DNA from: Eledone cirrhosa
Lineage: Eukaryota
Assembly (NCBI GenBank): GCA_964016885.1
Contig: OZ024745.1
Location: forward strand, 94,426,001 to 94,490,000
Length of the DNA: 64,000 bases
Direction of reading: 5' to 3'
Shown: in pieces, positions 1-12,900 of the stretch
How the letters are laid out: the number at the start of each line of letters is the position of its first letter
Position numbering within the stretch: position 1 is the stretch's first letter
Made by a program: the position numbers and the translations under genes
The notes under the pieces: model-generated
Databases searched by the model: none
Seen by the model: only the letters and a program-made list of their open reading frames with translations
What the model was told of the DNA's origin: nothing

Positions 1-586
1 GGCGAACGAATTCCACTGTGTGTATATGCTAGAGCCTACATATTTATTTAAATATGCATGAGAGAAGATAACATACTTAAAACCTGAAGATTGTAGTCTA
101 TAGCCATCATGCTTTGCTTTTGCTTGTTGTTTGTTTAACTGTTTTAAACAATCAAAGATTGGCTCTCGTATCTCACTTGTATCTTGTATCTCGTTTGCCA
201 GTATAAAATACGATGTGTAAATACTTTAGGACTTGGGCTTCTTGGAATCACAAACAGACAGAGGACATTCCGTAGCAGCAATCGGTGTATCTATCACGTG
301 AATCTGCAACAATAAAATACCACCAGTTCCGTAATTCCTTCACTTGTGAAAGCCCACGGAAGGTGTAACATAGTTGGAAGTAGTCACGATTTTCAGGTCG
401 TTTGTGCTGTTGTATCATACTTTGATGGGTTGGAGTGTCTCGAAGGAGGAGTCTTGGTCTTGACATGTTGATGTATGTCTTCATTTACCTTGAGAACACA
501 TATACGGTAATTATAAACATTTAGACACCTTGAATCATTCATCAATAATCTTAAACATTGTTCAAATAGGTAATGCATTCTAAATA

Positions 587-772
587 CGTAAAATTCCGTT
601 ATAACGAATACCATTATAACGAATTTTTCAGTATAACGAAATCTTTTTCAATCCCCGGGGTAATAAGAAACAAACACTCGATCGGTTTCGGTCGATCTCG
701 TTATAAATAACTTTTCATTACAACGAATTTTTTTTTATATCCGGTGAATCTCGTTATAACGGAATTTCACTG
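587..772. mobile_element. Tc1/pogo(Tigger)-like MITE
   Basis: Imperfect terminal inverted repeats (C-GTAAAATTCCGTTATAACGA ... TCGTTATAACGGAATTTCACTG) flanked by TA on both sides; internal TATAACGAA repeats; no ORF. Confidence 0.7.
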
Positions 773-1112
773 TAGTAATATGTCTCCAAAAGTTGCTTTA
801 TTTGGAGGAATGGTTTTACGTATCAATGTAATACCTTGAAAATAACAAGAACGACTATAAGAAGAACTAGAAAGCCGAGAGTTACAAGTACTTTTGTGTG
901 GAATTAAAAACAAAGTAATGGATTCGACATGTTCGACTAAGTGACTCTAATAGAGACAGGCAATATTAAAATACAGATAAAAATCTATCCATATGGTAGT
1001 TTTAATTCCTAATTGAAGACAATTCATATCTTAATGCATTAAGGAAATATAAAATGTGTCAAAATTTATCGTTGAAAATATCAGATTTATTTTTATTATT
1101 GGTGGGTTGGAG

Positions 1113-1930
1113 GACGGTGGATTGGCAGTATTGGTAGAGATCGGAGATCATGCTTTGCAGCATAGAGTTACGGCCCTTTACAGTGTGAGTTCAAATACCA
1201 CCGAAGTTAACTTTGCCTTTCATCCTTACGGGGTCGATAAAATAATAGCGTACTGGGGTCGATTTAATCGACTTTCCCCTCCCCTAAATTACTGGCATTG
1301 TGCCTATACTAGAAATCATTATTGGTGAATTGGCAGAATCGGTAGAGGGTCGGACGCCATGCTTAGCAGCATAGAGTTACGGCCCTTTACGATCTGAGTT
1401 CAAATCCCACCGAGGTTAACTTTGCCTTTCATCCTTACAGGGTCGATAAAATAATAGCGTACTGGGGTCGATTTAATCGACTTTCCCCTCCCCAAAATTA
1501 CTGGCATTGTGCCTATACTAGAAATCCTTATTGGTGAATTGGCAGAATCGGTAGAGGGTCGGACGCCATGCTTAGCAGCATAGAGTTACGGCCCTTTACG
1601 ATCTGAGTTCAAATCCCACCGAGGTTAACTTTGCCTTTCATCCTTACGGGGTCGATAAAATAATAGCGTACTGGGGTCGATTTAATCGACTTTCCCCTCC
1701 CCAAAATTACTGGCATTGTGCCTATACTAGAAATCCTTATTGGTGAATTGGCAGAATCGGTAGAGGGTCGGACGCCATGCTTAGCAGCATAGAGTTACGG
1801 CCCTTTACGATCTGAGTTCAAATCCCACCGAGGTTAACTTTGCCTTTCATCCTTTCGGGGTCGATAAAATAAAGCATCAGTAATGCACTAGGGTAATTGC
1901 TGGCCTTGAGCCAAAAGTAGAAACAATTAT
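1113..1930 (+). mobile_element. Tandem array of 4 tRNA-derived SINE copies (209-bp period)
   Basis: Unit starts about 1113, 1322, 1531, 1740. Each has A box TGGCAGAATCGG, B box GAGTTCAAATCCC, core GCCTTTCATCCTTACGGGGTCGATAAAAT and tail TAGAAA..ATTATT; copies 2-4 nearly identical over their shared part. Confidence 0.9.
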
Positions 1931-2088
1931 TATTAAACCTTATTTTATTTATTTATGCCTCTAAAGTCAGCCATTTTAAACAGTCAAGCAGATACTGAGT
2001 CTTATCTAAAAATGTATCCTATGAGAGAACGTTCAATCCAACTAATGTTCTGGCGATCAATAATATAATCAATCAGACAGCAACACAG

Positions 2089-2220
2089 TTAGAACGTCAG
2101 ATAGAATATATTGCAGTATTCGTTCCTATTCTCTGCTCTCTGAGTTCAAATCCTGCCGAGATATACTTTGCCATTTATCCTTCCGCAGTCGATAAAAAAG
2201 TACCAGTTCAATAGTGGGTT
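2089..2220 (+). mobile_element. Degenerate SINE copy
   Basis: B box GAGTTCAAATCC followed by diverged core TTTGCCATTTATCCTTCCGCAGTCGATAAAAAAGTACCAG. Confidence 0.7.
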
Positions 2221-2457
2221 CAATTATTTCTTTATATCTTTCTCTTACTTCCTTTCTATTACTCTCTTCTCTTAGTCAGGAAGAAATTGACTGTGTTCAG
2301 ATCTGGAGAGGGGATGGGCTCCGCCAGGTTTAAACAGAATGTTGAAGTAACGCCGTATGTCACTAAAATGCCCCTACGACTCTACCAGGGGGTTCAGGTC
2401 CATTCGTACAATATAAGAATGACTGTTTTTAAATAATTTAATTTAATAAGTAGATTA

Positions 2458-2806
2458 TCTACTACTCCGAATTGAGAGATCACAGATCTGATACTACGGG
2501 TATGTGGTTAGAATGTCTCAGGAAAGAACCACTGGACAGATTTTACGGGCAAAAACCAACCGGCAGGAGACCCAGTGGTAGACCCCGAGCAAGATGTTTA
2601 GATAACATCCATGAGCTTGACTGGTCTCGCTGAGAGATCCAGACGGATCAGTTGGAGACGATTGCTTATGACGGTTGGAAGGAGTGTTTGAGGACTCTGC
2701 CTACACCACCCTCTCAGGAATAAGTGGGCGAAAAAAAAAAAAAAAAAGAAGAAGAAGAAGAAGAAGAAGAAGAAGAAGAAGAAGAAGAAGAAGAAGAAGA
2801 AGAAGA
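2458..2806 (+). mobile_element. 3' fragment of RTE-clade (Expander/Rex3-like) LINE with (A)n(GAA)n tail
   Basis: Hand translation LLLRIERSQI*YYGYVVRMSQER...PTGRRPSGRPRARCLD resembles the RTE ORF C-terminus; followed by A-run and (GAA)n at 2731-2806. Confidence 0.7.
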
Positions 2807-2945
2807 TTATATTATCTGCTAATTTTGACGAATTTTAATGGATTGAAGAGGATCAACAAACAAACAATGTTTAATTCAGAATCGTTGTTGGGCAGTCAAC
2901 GGACAAACAAAAAATTATTGTTGTGTTATTATTAGCATCACTGTA

Positions 2946-3803
2946 GGGCGGTGGCTTGGCAGTATCGGTAGAGGGTCGGACGCCATGCTTTGCAGCATAG
3001 AGTTACGGCCCTTTATGATCTAATTTCAATTCCCGCCGAGGTTAACTTTGCCTTACATCCTTACGGGGTCGATAAAATAAAGTACCAGTCACGTACTGAT
3101 TTCGATTTAATCGACTTTCCCCTCCCTCAAAATGGCTGGCCTTGAGCCTATATAAGAAACCATTATTAGCATCACTGTAAGGGAAGTAGATTGGCAAAAT
3201 CGATAGAGCGTCGGACAATATGCTTCGCAGCTTAGGGTTACAACCATTTACGTTCTGAGTTAAAATCCCGCCGAAGTTAGCTTTGCCTTTAATCCTTACG
3301 AGGTCAATAAAATAAAGTACCAGTAACGGACTGGGGTCGATTTAATCGACTTTCCCTTTCCCCCTAAAATTGATGGACTTGTGCCTAAATTATAGACCCT
3401 TTTGGCAGTATCAGTAGAAGGTCGGACGCCATGCTTTCCAGCATCGTTACGCCCCTTTACGGTCTGAGTACAAATCCCGCCAAGGTTAACTTTGCTTTTC
3501 ATCCTTACAGGGTAGATAAAATAAAGTACCAGTAATGCAGTGGTTAATTGCTGGCCTTGTGCCAAAAGTAGAAACAATTATTAGCATGAATGTAAGGGCA
3601 GTGGATTGGCTGGATCAGTCGAGCGTCGAACAGAGTGCTTGCGGTATTTGTTCCGAGTTGTTATGCACACGCCGAGGTTAGCTTTGCCTTTCATCCTTCC
3701 GGGGTCGATAAAATGAAGTGCTAGTCACTTACTGGGGTCGATATGATTGACTTTCCCCTTCCCCACAAATTGTTGACCTTGTGCCTAAAGTGGAAGCAAT
3801 TAC
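2946..3803 (+). mobile_element. Four diverged head-to-tail SINE copies
   Basis: Copies about 2946-3167, 3180-3400, 3402-3582, 3595-3803 with A/B box remnants and the SINE core. Confidence 0.85.
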
Positions 3804-3922
3804 TAGTGTCAGTGTAGCTCCCAGTAATCGAACTCGAACCCCAGATGTCTCTTGTTGGTAAGATGTCAGTGTTTAGTTTCGATTCATTTCACTTAGTTAT
3901 TTATGAATCGATCAGTAGTTAA

Positions 3923-4265
3923 TAATTGTTTCTACTTCTGGCACAAGGTCATCAATTTGAAGGGAAGGGGAAAGTCAATTAAATTGATCCTAGTGCGTTA
4001 CTGTTACTTTATTTTATCGACCTCGGCGTGATTTGAACTCAGAACGTAAAGGGCCGTAACTATATACCGAAAAGCATGTTGTCCGAAGCTCTAATCCACC
4101 ACAAAGCATGTTGTCCGAAGTGCCATTCCATCGCCCTTTCCCTAGTATCGGAAATTTGTGAGGAAGGGAAAGTCAATTAAGTTGACTCCAGTACATTACT
4201 GGTACTTTATTTCATCGACTCCGTAAGGATGAAAGGCAAAGCTACCCTCGGCGGGATTTGAACAC
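3923..4265 (-). mobile_element. Two SINE copies, minus strand
   Basis: Reverse complement of the same SINE (GATTTGAACTCAG; GGATGAAAGGCAAAG; GGGAAAGTCAATTAA). Confidence 0.8.
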
Positions 4266-5059
4266 CTTTCCCTAGTTAATAATAAACTGTAGTATTATGA
4301 CCAGTACTAGTCATTTGTATACAACCTTAAAATTCGATCTCTCTTCGTCCTCAGCAATAACTCTAGACGCCTCAAACCATTAATATGTTAGCATCAACAT
4401 TTAAAGGCTTAGGTAAGTGAAAGAACTCATCTATCAGGTGATACAACAATTATCAAAGAACGCAGAATTGCAGCAATTCTCTTCATTTAAAAACAAACAA
4501 AACAAAACAAAACAAACTAACAAAAACAATGAAGTATGAGATTGAAAAGGAAGAAACATATTAAGTCGGAAATATCGAGGATGAGAAAACATTACAAATC
4601 AATATAAATAAATTGACTTTAATAAATAACATTACTTTTAAACATTATATTAAAACATTTTTCTCGTGTGTGTAAAGCACTTATTAATCAGTTACGACGC
4701 CATTCAATAAAACCAATATTTAATGTAACAAGTTCATCTTTATAAAGTCCTTTTGCTTTATTGGAACATGTTTTGTCACGTACACTCATTAATGATGCAT
4801 TTATAAATCAATCAATCAATGCAAACTTTAATTTTCAAAGCAAACACTGAACATTTTATCTAACCTAATGGTACAGTTATGAAATAATGGTACAGTTATG
4901 AAACGAATAAAAAGCAGCATTTAGGCAACAAGCGAATATAATAGATCAAATATGTAGAAAAATTGTTCAAACTGTAATCAGTATTATATCAAGTCTCTAC
5001 TTGGATTTAATTAATGGACTAAGCTTCATGGCCCAACATTCTTCTATGGTATTTAAATT

Positions 5060-5500
5060 TAATGGTCCGGAAAGTACTCCGGTGTTTCTTTTATTTGGGT
5101 ATCTGAAGGTCGTTTTGTGATTGACGAAGCGATTTAAAACTGGCTCTCTGACATACCGACGTATTTCCAGGATTCCTTTTAGCGGTGATTTGCAATAGAG
5201 CGACCTAAGCTTAGTATATTATCGCTGCATTGTTGATCCAGCGGGCATGGAGTATCGAAATGTTGACCGATGATGGTTAAAGATCTTGTGGTACTTGTGT
5301 TCTGGGAGAAATGTGTATTTATGAGGGTTAAAAACTTATTTCCGACGTTAGTTTTGACATTTAATGAGAAAGGAGGAGAGAAATAGATTTTTGCTTTATT
5401 TCTATTTTTCCTATTATTGTTTGGGGAGTGGGTTGGAGTGTAGGAGATATTCTCGGAGAAGCCGCTATTCGCTATTGCTGTATTATAGTAGACATCTTGG
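5060..5500 (-). pseudogene. Penelope-like element fragment (RT thumb/linker to GIY-YIG), decayed
   Basis: Minus-strand translation YYNTAIANSGFSENISY...IYFSPPFSLNVKTNVGNKFLTLINTHF/PEHKYHKIFN...CPLDQQC...KYVGMSE...RFVNHKTTFR with frameshifts and stops. Confidence 0.75.
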
Positions 5501-5866
5501 TGTACTTATCTTACAAGTGACTTTATTTAAGACCGTATGTTGAAACTGAGACAGTTATTGCACAGAAGAGTCATCTTACCCATTTAAAAACACAAAAACT
5601 GTTAATTTTACTTTTATGTTTAACATTTATTTCTTGGAGATGAATTGACTGAGACCTGGTCACTGACGCAGGGCCACAATTCCACACACACACACACACA
5701 TGCATATACAGAAACACACACACACACATGCATATACTCAAACAAACACACACACACACACACACACACACAATCATACACGTCCCTCCCCCACATATGT
5801 ATATATATGTTTATCCCGGGTTTAATCTGTAAGGTACTCAATACATAACAGAGTATAAATATGTAA

Positions 5867-5982
5867 TATAGAAATAGCTTCTACATGACTAGAACTGTTT
5901 TATTCGGGAGAAATCATCAGGGCTTCCTGATGATTTCTCCCGAATGAAACAGTCCTAGTCTTGTAGAAGCCATTTCTATATT
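5867..5982. repeat. Palindromic insert with ~55-bp arms next to (TA)n
   Basis: AATATAGAAATAGCTTCTAC...ATCATCAGG-GCTT-CCTGATGAT...GTAGAAGCCATTTCTATATT, few mismatches. Confidence 0.9.
5921..5971 (+). ncRNA. Type I hammerhead ribozyme motif
   Basis: GGCTTC-CTGATGA-tTTCtcccGAAt-GAAA-CAG(tcctagtc)TTG-TA-GAAGCC: stem I GGCTTC/GAAGCC, GUA cleavage triplet, U.U at 10.1/11.1. Confidence 0.75.
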
Positions 5983-5984
5983 AA

Positions 5985-6599
<615 letters not shown>

Positions 6600-7013
6600 G
6601 AGGGTTATGATTCGATGAGAGAGAAACTCTTTTCTTGACTGTGACAATTGTATTTTATTACGTGTAAAAGATTTCTACTGCGAGCCCGTAAATGACTTTC
6701 AAGTCCAGAATTAGAATGAAAGTGTTTTGGGTTGAATTTACAGTTGTGTTTAGAAGCTATTTATGGCAAAGTGTTCTTACCCGAAATATTCCCAGCTCTG
6801 TAGATTTTACAATGTGTTTTAATGTCACAGTATGACATATCTTTTGTGACAAATCCAACTTATAAATTCTGTCTTAAGCTCATACAAGTTGCATTCAGGA
6901 AGTTTTGAAACTTTTTCAGTAGAGACGTTTATTATTATATGTAAATTGATTTGTATTATGGAATTTCAGACTTGCATTTGATAAGCATATCTTATTGAAA
7001 TGTGAACAAAGAA

Positions 7014-7071
7014 AAAATGTAAGACCATTATTTCCAGTAAGGTGTAGGTTATGTACTATTAGTGTACAGTC

Positions 7072-7158
<87 letters not shown>

Positions 7159-7239
7159 ATGCACACACACACAAAGTAAAAATGTAAGACCATTATTTCC
7201 AGTAAGGTGTAGGTTATGTACTATTAGTGTAAAGCCATT

Positions 7240-7322
<83 letters not shown>

Positions 7323-7407
7323 CATACACACACACGCACGCATACTCACACACACACACACACACACACACACGCGCGCACGCACACACACACACACACA
7401 TACACAC

Positions 7408-7451
<44 letters not shown>

Positions 7452-7586
7452 CACACACACACGCACACACACACGCACACACACACACACACTCATGCAC
7501 ACACACACAAAGTAAAAATGTAAGACCATTATTTCCAGTAAGGTGTAGGTTATGTACTATTAGTGTAAAGCCATTACACACACACA

Positions 7587-7666
<80 letters not shown>

Positions 7667-7735
7667 AACACACACACACACACACACACACGCACGCATA
7701 CTCACACACCTACACACACAAACACGCACACTCAA
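7014..7735. repeat. Compound tandem repeat: ~60-bp unique unit plus (CA)n, 3 copies
   Basis: AAAAATGTAAGACCATTATTTCCAGTAAGGTGTAGGTTATGTACTATTAGTGTA at about 7014, 7178, 7514, each followed by (CA)n. Confidence 0.95.
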
Positions 7736-7939
7736 ATCTATATATAACTGGGGCACACACATACAAAAACAATTCTTTGTTAAAGGAAGCTGAACAACTT
7801 GTATTCACAATTTTGCTTTTGTCCCGTTGTCTGACATCTCCAAGTAGAGAGTAAAAGTGACAGAACCGAACTTACCAGATCCCGGTCCCTATAATGCAAC
7901 CGTCTCTCTTTTTTCTTTCTATCATAATACTATTTTTCA

Positions 7940-8035
7940 AGAGAGCACGCGAGAGAGAGAGAGAGAAAAAGAGAATGCGAAAGGGAGAGAGTGTGAGAGA
8001 GACAGAGAGAGAGAGAGAGAGCGAGAGAATGCGAA

Positions 8036-8094
<59 letters not shown>

Positions 8095-8155
8095 AAAAAT
8101 GGGAGAAAGAGAAAAAGTGGGAGAAAGATAAAGAGAAAGAGAGAGCGAGCGAGAA
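7940..8155. repeat. (GA)n microsatellite / purine tract
   Basis: Directly visible. Confidence 0.95.
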
Positions 8156-8442
8156 ATTCATAAAAAATATATACAGAAGTGCAGTGGTAGTGAAATTACG
8201 TCAATGAGCCGTATCATGTTTACTTCTATTAAAAAATGTGGTTTTCTAAAGAGATTGATGAAGTCAAGAGATTGATGAAGTCAAGGGAGAGAATTAATGT
8301 GATTTACTATTTTGCAATCTCATGGTGAATTATCATTTACTTAATATTTAACCTCCAAGAAACCGTTTTAGCAAGGTATTCTTAAAAATATAAAACAGCA
8401 CTATACTTGCATCACATTAAACATTTAAAGTCTTTACTTTAA

Positions 8443-8654
8443 CCCTTTAGCATTTAAACTAGCCATATCCGGCCAGAATTCTCTCACCCCTTTCTGTTCA
8501 AACCGGTTGTAACCATCCACTCATACTGATGTTAATGCATTTTTCTCAAAGTGAATAATATCAAAATCTCGTAGATTTGATATTTTGTGAGATTAAAGCC
8601 TTTAATGTGAAAATACAATAGTAAATATAGAGTAATGTAAATACTACTAAAGGG
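8443..8654. mobile_element. piggyBac-like MITE
   Basis: TTAA|CCCTTTAG ... CTAAAGGG|TTAA: TTAA duplication and CCCT termini. Confidence 0.65.
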
Positions 8655-9252
8655 TTAATACAGCAGATTTTCAAAACAGTAAAGATACTATGTCCACTAG
8701 TAAAGATACTATGAATATTTGAAATAACAGCCGTATTTTTATATATTATCACTTTAATCATTATAGAATGTTAAGAGTTAAAGGAAGTTGAATGCTGCGA
8801 TACTATTTTGATGCATCAATGTAATGGACGAATTCTTTCTTTACTTAAACCGGAAGTTGAACTGTTTTATTAGTCGTTGAATGCAGCCTTAGTATTCAAA
8901 TCTTTTATCATTACTTTTTACGACAAGCCCATTCAACGTTCATACGTATTTGTGTATATAAGCGTGTGCAAGTAAGAATTCTTCTTTTCTCAGTCATTTT
9001 GAGATTAGCTTCAATACGGAATCACTCTTGAAACAGGATTTGTGTAGCAATGATGGCTATTAAGCCGAGGGGTTGTATATCAAGACACGATGCAATAGAG
9101 GAGAAGATAATTTAACTTCGGTCATTGATTCTCAATGGATTTCATCTAAAAGTTGCACAGAACTAATATGTATATTATATCCACTCATCATTCTCCATTC
9201 CTTATTAAAGACGACTCTCTTTCTCTCACTCTCTATGTATGTATGTATATAT

Positions 9253-9595
9253 GTTAGAAAAAGTCGGGTTGGACACTGATCGCGCGGTTAAACCACTGGG
9301 AGTGAAGGACCCCTAGCCTTTGTCAGGGTATTCTTCTAGGAGAAGTCAACTCAGGTAACTGGGATAGCTCCGATATAAAACCTGCGGCTCAGTAGTTACC
9401 GATGATGTTGATCTTTTCTTCTTTTCGGATTATAGCTACTGTCGCTCAGAGAGTGGGATTGGCTCAGTGCACAGTCTTTCCTCACTTTAAAAAATATCTT
9501 CACGCACAGGCATTGCACGATAGAATTAATTAATAATTATTAATAATGGTATATCATGCAATGGCCATACTAGATACCGAGGGGGCAGCCATCTT
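9253..9595 (+). mobile_element. Non-autonomous RTE-related retroposon with (TATG)n-type tail
   Basis: Shares TAGCCTTTGTCA..TTCTAGGAGAAG..GATATAA..CCTGC, GAGAGTGGGA.TGGCT, GCACAGGCATTGC and the 3' GGCC.TACT.GA...CAGCCA blocks with 14218-14610. Confidence 0.65.
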
Positions 9596-9970
9596 GTATG
9601 TATGTATGTGTGCGTGCATGCGTGCGTGAATGCATGTATGTATGCATGTATGTGTGTGTGTGTGTATATGTATGTATATATGAATGTATACATGTGTGTA
9701 TATATATATATCCATGTATATATGAATGTATATATGTATGCATATATGTGTATGTATGTATGAATATATATATGTATGAATATGTGTGTCTATGCATAAT
9801 TGTATGTAGGTGTGTGTGTATGTGTGTATGCATGTATGTATGTACGTATGCATGTATGTATGTATGCATGTATGTGTATATGTATATATGTATATATGTA
9901 TATATGTATATGTATGTATGTAGGTATGCATGTATGTATGTATATATGTATATATGTATATATGTATATG
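9596..9970. repeat. Compound (TATG)/(TA)/(TG) microsatellite
   Basis: Directly visible. Confidence 0.95.
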
Positions 9971-12900
9971 TTATCTCTTTCTCTTAATTTCGAGTATATT
10001 TTTTTGACCGGCCACCTTTCTGGTGGCAAGGTTGTAAAAGAAAAGAAATTTTAATTCCTTGAATCGCAAGAATGTTTTGCAAATTTTGAAGGTGCCAGCT
10101 ATCGCAGCCATTTGTAGACTATGAATTAGGGAGCTGCGCTCTTTGTCCGCAAATCCAAGTTCAGTCATACTTTGGTCCAAGCGGGTTGGTATATAACCCG
10201 TAGCACCAATAATGATGGGTATGAAGCTAAAGGTGTATCTTGGATACTGGGTTTGTAAACTCCTCATCAATGGTCCGTGGATGTCCTCCTTCTCCTGTAT
10301 TTTTCTGACAACGTTTACATCAAGTGGGCAGCTGATCACAACAGAACACGTTTTCAATGTGTGGTCCCAAACAACAATATCAGGCCGGTTGTGGTTTAAT
10401 TTGGTGGCAGTTTTTATTTTCAAGTTCCACCAGTATTCCTTAGTGCCATCTGTCTCAATATATTCTTCCTCGTTTGTTGTTAATTTTGTTTTCCGAAGTG
10501 CGTTCCAGATGGTTCTAGCTATCCCATCGTGTCTCATGGGGAGGTAGTAGGGAGATGACATTCTTTCGCAGATGGCAACAATGTGGCTTACATCTTCGAT
10601 CTTTGTTTTACATAGCCTACATTTATTGTCAGTTGATGGCCCTCCCCTTTTGTGCAGCAGATATTTGGTAGGGAGTTCTTGTTCCTGTATTGCATAAAGA
10701 TATCTCTCAAGGTGTGATGTCATAAACTTGTCGGAACTCCATGCCAGGCCTTTTGAGTAGTTTATCCCCTTTATGGTCTGTGTTTTACGTCTCAAGTATC
10801 CAAGTATCCACGCACAACTTTTTCTGTAAATTGGTCAATTTTTTGATCTTGTTTGAACATTGAATAGGATCTTCCGATTTCTCTGGGTGAGAGATTTATA
10901 TCAGGCTTTATTCCATATCTCTCCTCCAGATCAGTGGCTATTCTAATGATATTCTTTTTTTCATGCTCATAAACCTGGACAAGATGGTTGCCAACCTTTT
11001 TCCACTGTTGAAGATGTTGCTTCAGTGTTACTATCCGGGTCTCATATGATGTTAATATGGATTTTAGACCCCGGCCACCTTCCTTGGGTGAGAAGTATAG
11101 CCTATCCACATCACCATTGATGTTAAAGTTCCCAGTAACAGTGAGAAGTTTGCGAGTTCTAACATCCATCTCACTTAGTTCTAGCTATGACCTGTTCAGC
11201 AGGCCAAATGTTGGCGTTAGAATGTATTTGTTGTACGCTGAAAATTCTGATGACCATATTTTCTTTACTCTTCTGAGGTATTCAATTCTGCTTCTCTCCT
11301 TATTTATGGGTCCATCATATCTGACATTCTCATCCTGCCCAAGATATCTGTAGTTTGCACCTGACTGTAGAGGTTGTATTGTCAGGCCGTTCATCTCTAT
11401 ATTTCTAGAGGAGGGCACAGCCCTTCCACGTTTTACTGCCAAATATGCACACTTGGACTCACCAAATTTCATTTTGATGTTGGTTGAAAATTGTGTAATG
11501 AGGTCCAATTGTTTCTTGATGTCATTGATATTTGGCCCATATAACTTCAGGTCATCAACAAAGAAAAGATGGGAGATACTTCTGGACCCACTTCTTTGTC
11601 CACCTTGTTTCCTGAGTAGGTAAGATTATGGATTTAGTGAGAGAACGAAGAGTAGCACTGACAAGCTGTCACCCTGAAAGATGCCCTTCTGGTAATGTAT
11701 CTTATCAGTCTTAACTTGCTCCTTCTCACCTCTAAGGATGAAATTGGTGTACCAGTTCTTGGTCAGACGTTCAACAGCAGCTACCAGTGGTTGTGGGACT
11801 TTGGCTAACTGTAAAGCCTTAACAATCCACCCATGAGGTACACTATCAAATGTTTTTTGATACTCCAGCCACACCACAGTCATGTTTCTGTGATTCTTTG
11901 TTGTTCTTTCTTGAATCAGTTTATTAGTTAGTAGGTGATCTATACAACCCCATACCCCCCTCTTTCCACCAGCTTGCTCAGGTGTTATGATGTTGTTGGT
12001 AGCACAGTGATCCTGTAAGGACAGGTTAAGGAACCCAGTATATAATTTATACATGATGTTTTGGCAGGCTATTGGGCGGTAATTTTAGCAAGGGTGGTTT
12101 GGCTATTTTGGGGAATGAGGAGAGTAGTGGCAGTTGATAACCATCTGGGCAGTTCTTGTGTGCCTTTAATGGTTTCTGTAAACAGCCGTATGAGATCCTG
12201 CCGATAAAAAGTGAAATTCTTCAACCAGTATCCTGTAATGAGGTCTGGGCCTGGTGATTTCCTATTCGACATTTTCTGTAGAGCTGTTTCCTGTATTGAC
12301 CTATCTATGTCATATTGATTTGTCTGGACATGTTGGCAGTAGTCCTGATCCAGTTCTTTTAGCCAATTAGTTTGTCTGTTGAATCTGTCATCCGTTTCCC
12401 ATACAGATCTCCAGTAGCTCTCAACCTCTTATTTTGAAGGAGTGTCATTTACAGAGATTGAGCTTTTGCCACCGAAGCTGCGATAAACTGATTTAGGATC
12501 TCTGGCAAACAATCTATTTAGCACTTGTCATTTATGTGCTGTTGACTTATATTTTAGTCTTTCTGTTGTAGCTGTGAGTTGTTGTTTCAACTGGTGTAAT
12601 TTGGAGTTTAATGTTTTAAATTTTGTATCTCCAAATCGTCTCTCTAACCCTTTTTTTAGTTCTTCCTGGTGTCGTGTGAATTTGCTCTCTATGTTGCATT
12701 TCATAACGACTGCGATGTGTGAGATACTCCGTGTCAGGGACAAAATTTTGCTTTTTAAATTTCGCATCCACGCTGGTTCAGGCTTTTTGTTTGTATCTTG
12801 ATTGCGTGGCTTTAGATGTTTGTTATATGATAGCAATGTGACAGCTGAAACATATAACAAAATGTTAAGCGTTTCAAATGTCGTTTCTACACCTTTAGAT

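Noticed and set aside
84-110. CTGAAGA hammerhead core (also 26331)
   Set aside because: No matching stem II, GAAA and stem III arrangement
393-490. Possible terminal host exon on minus strand (TTCTCAAG|VNEDIHQHVKTK...AQTT*)
   Set aside because: No recognisable homology and no partner exons; needs RNA-seq
1113-1930. tRNA genes or CRISPR-like array
   Set aside because: Only A/B boxes without a full cloverleaf; units are whole SINEs with no unique spacers
2277-2436. Possible plus-strand exon after a strong pyrimidine tract (TCTCTTAG)
   Set aside because: Short open frame with no recognisable domain or clear donor
7876-7888. 13-nt minus-strand micro-exon (TTATAG|GGACCGGGATCTG|GTAAGT)
   Set aside because: Upstream region is purine-rich and the length is frame-shifting; unsupported without transcripts
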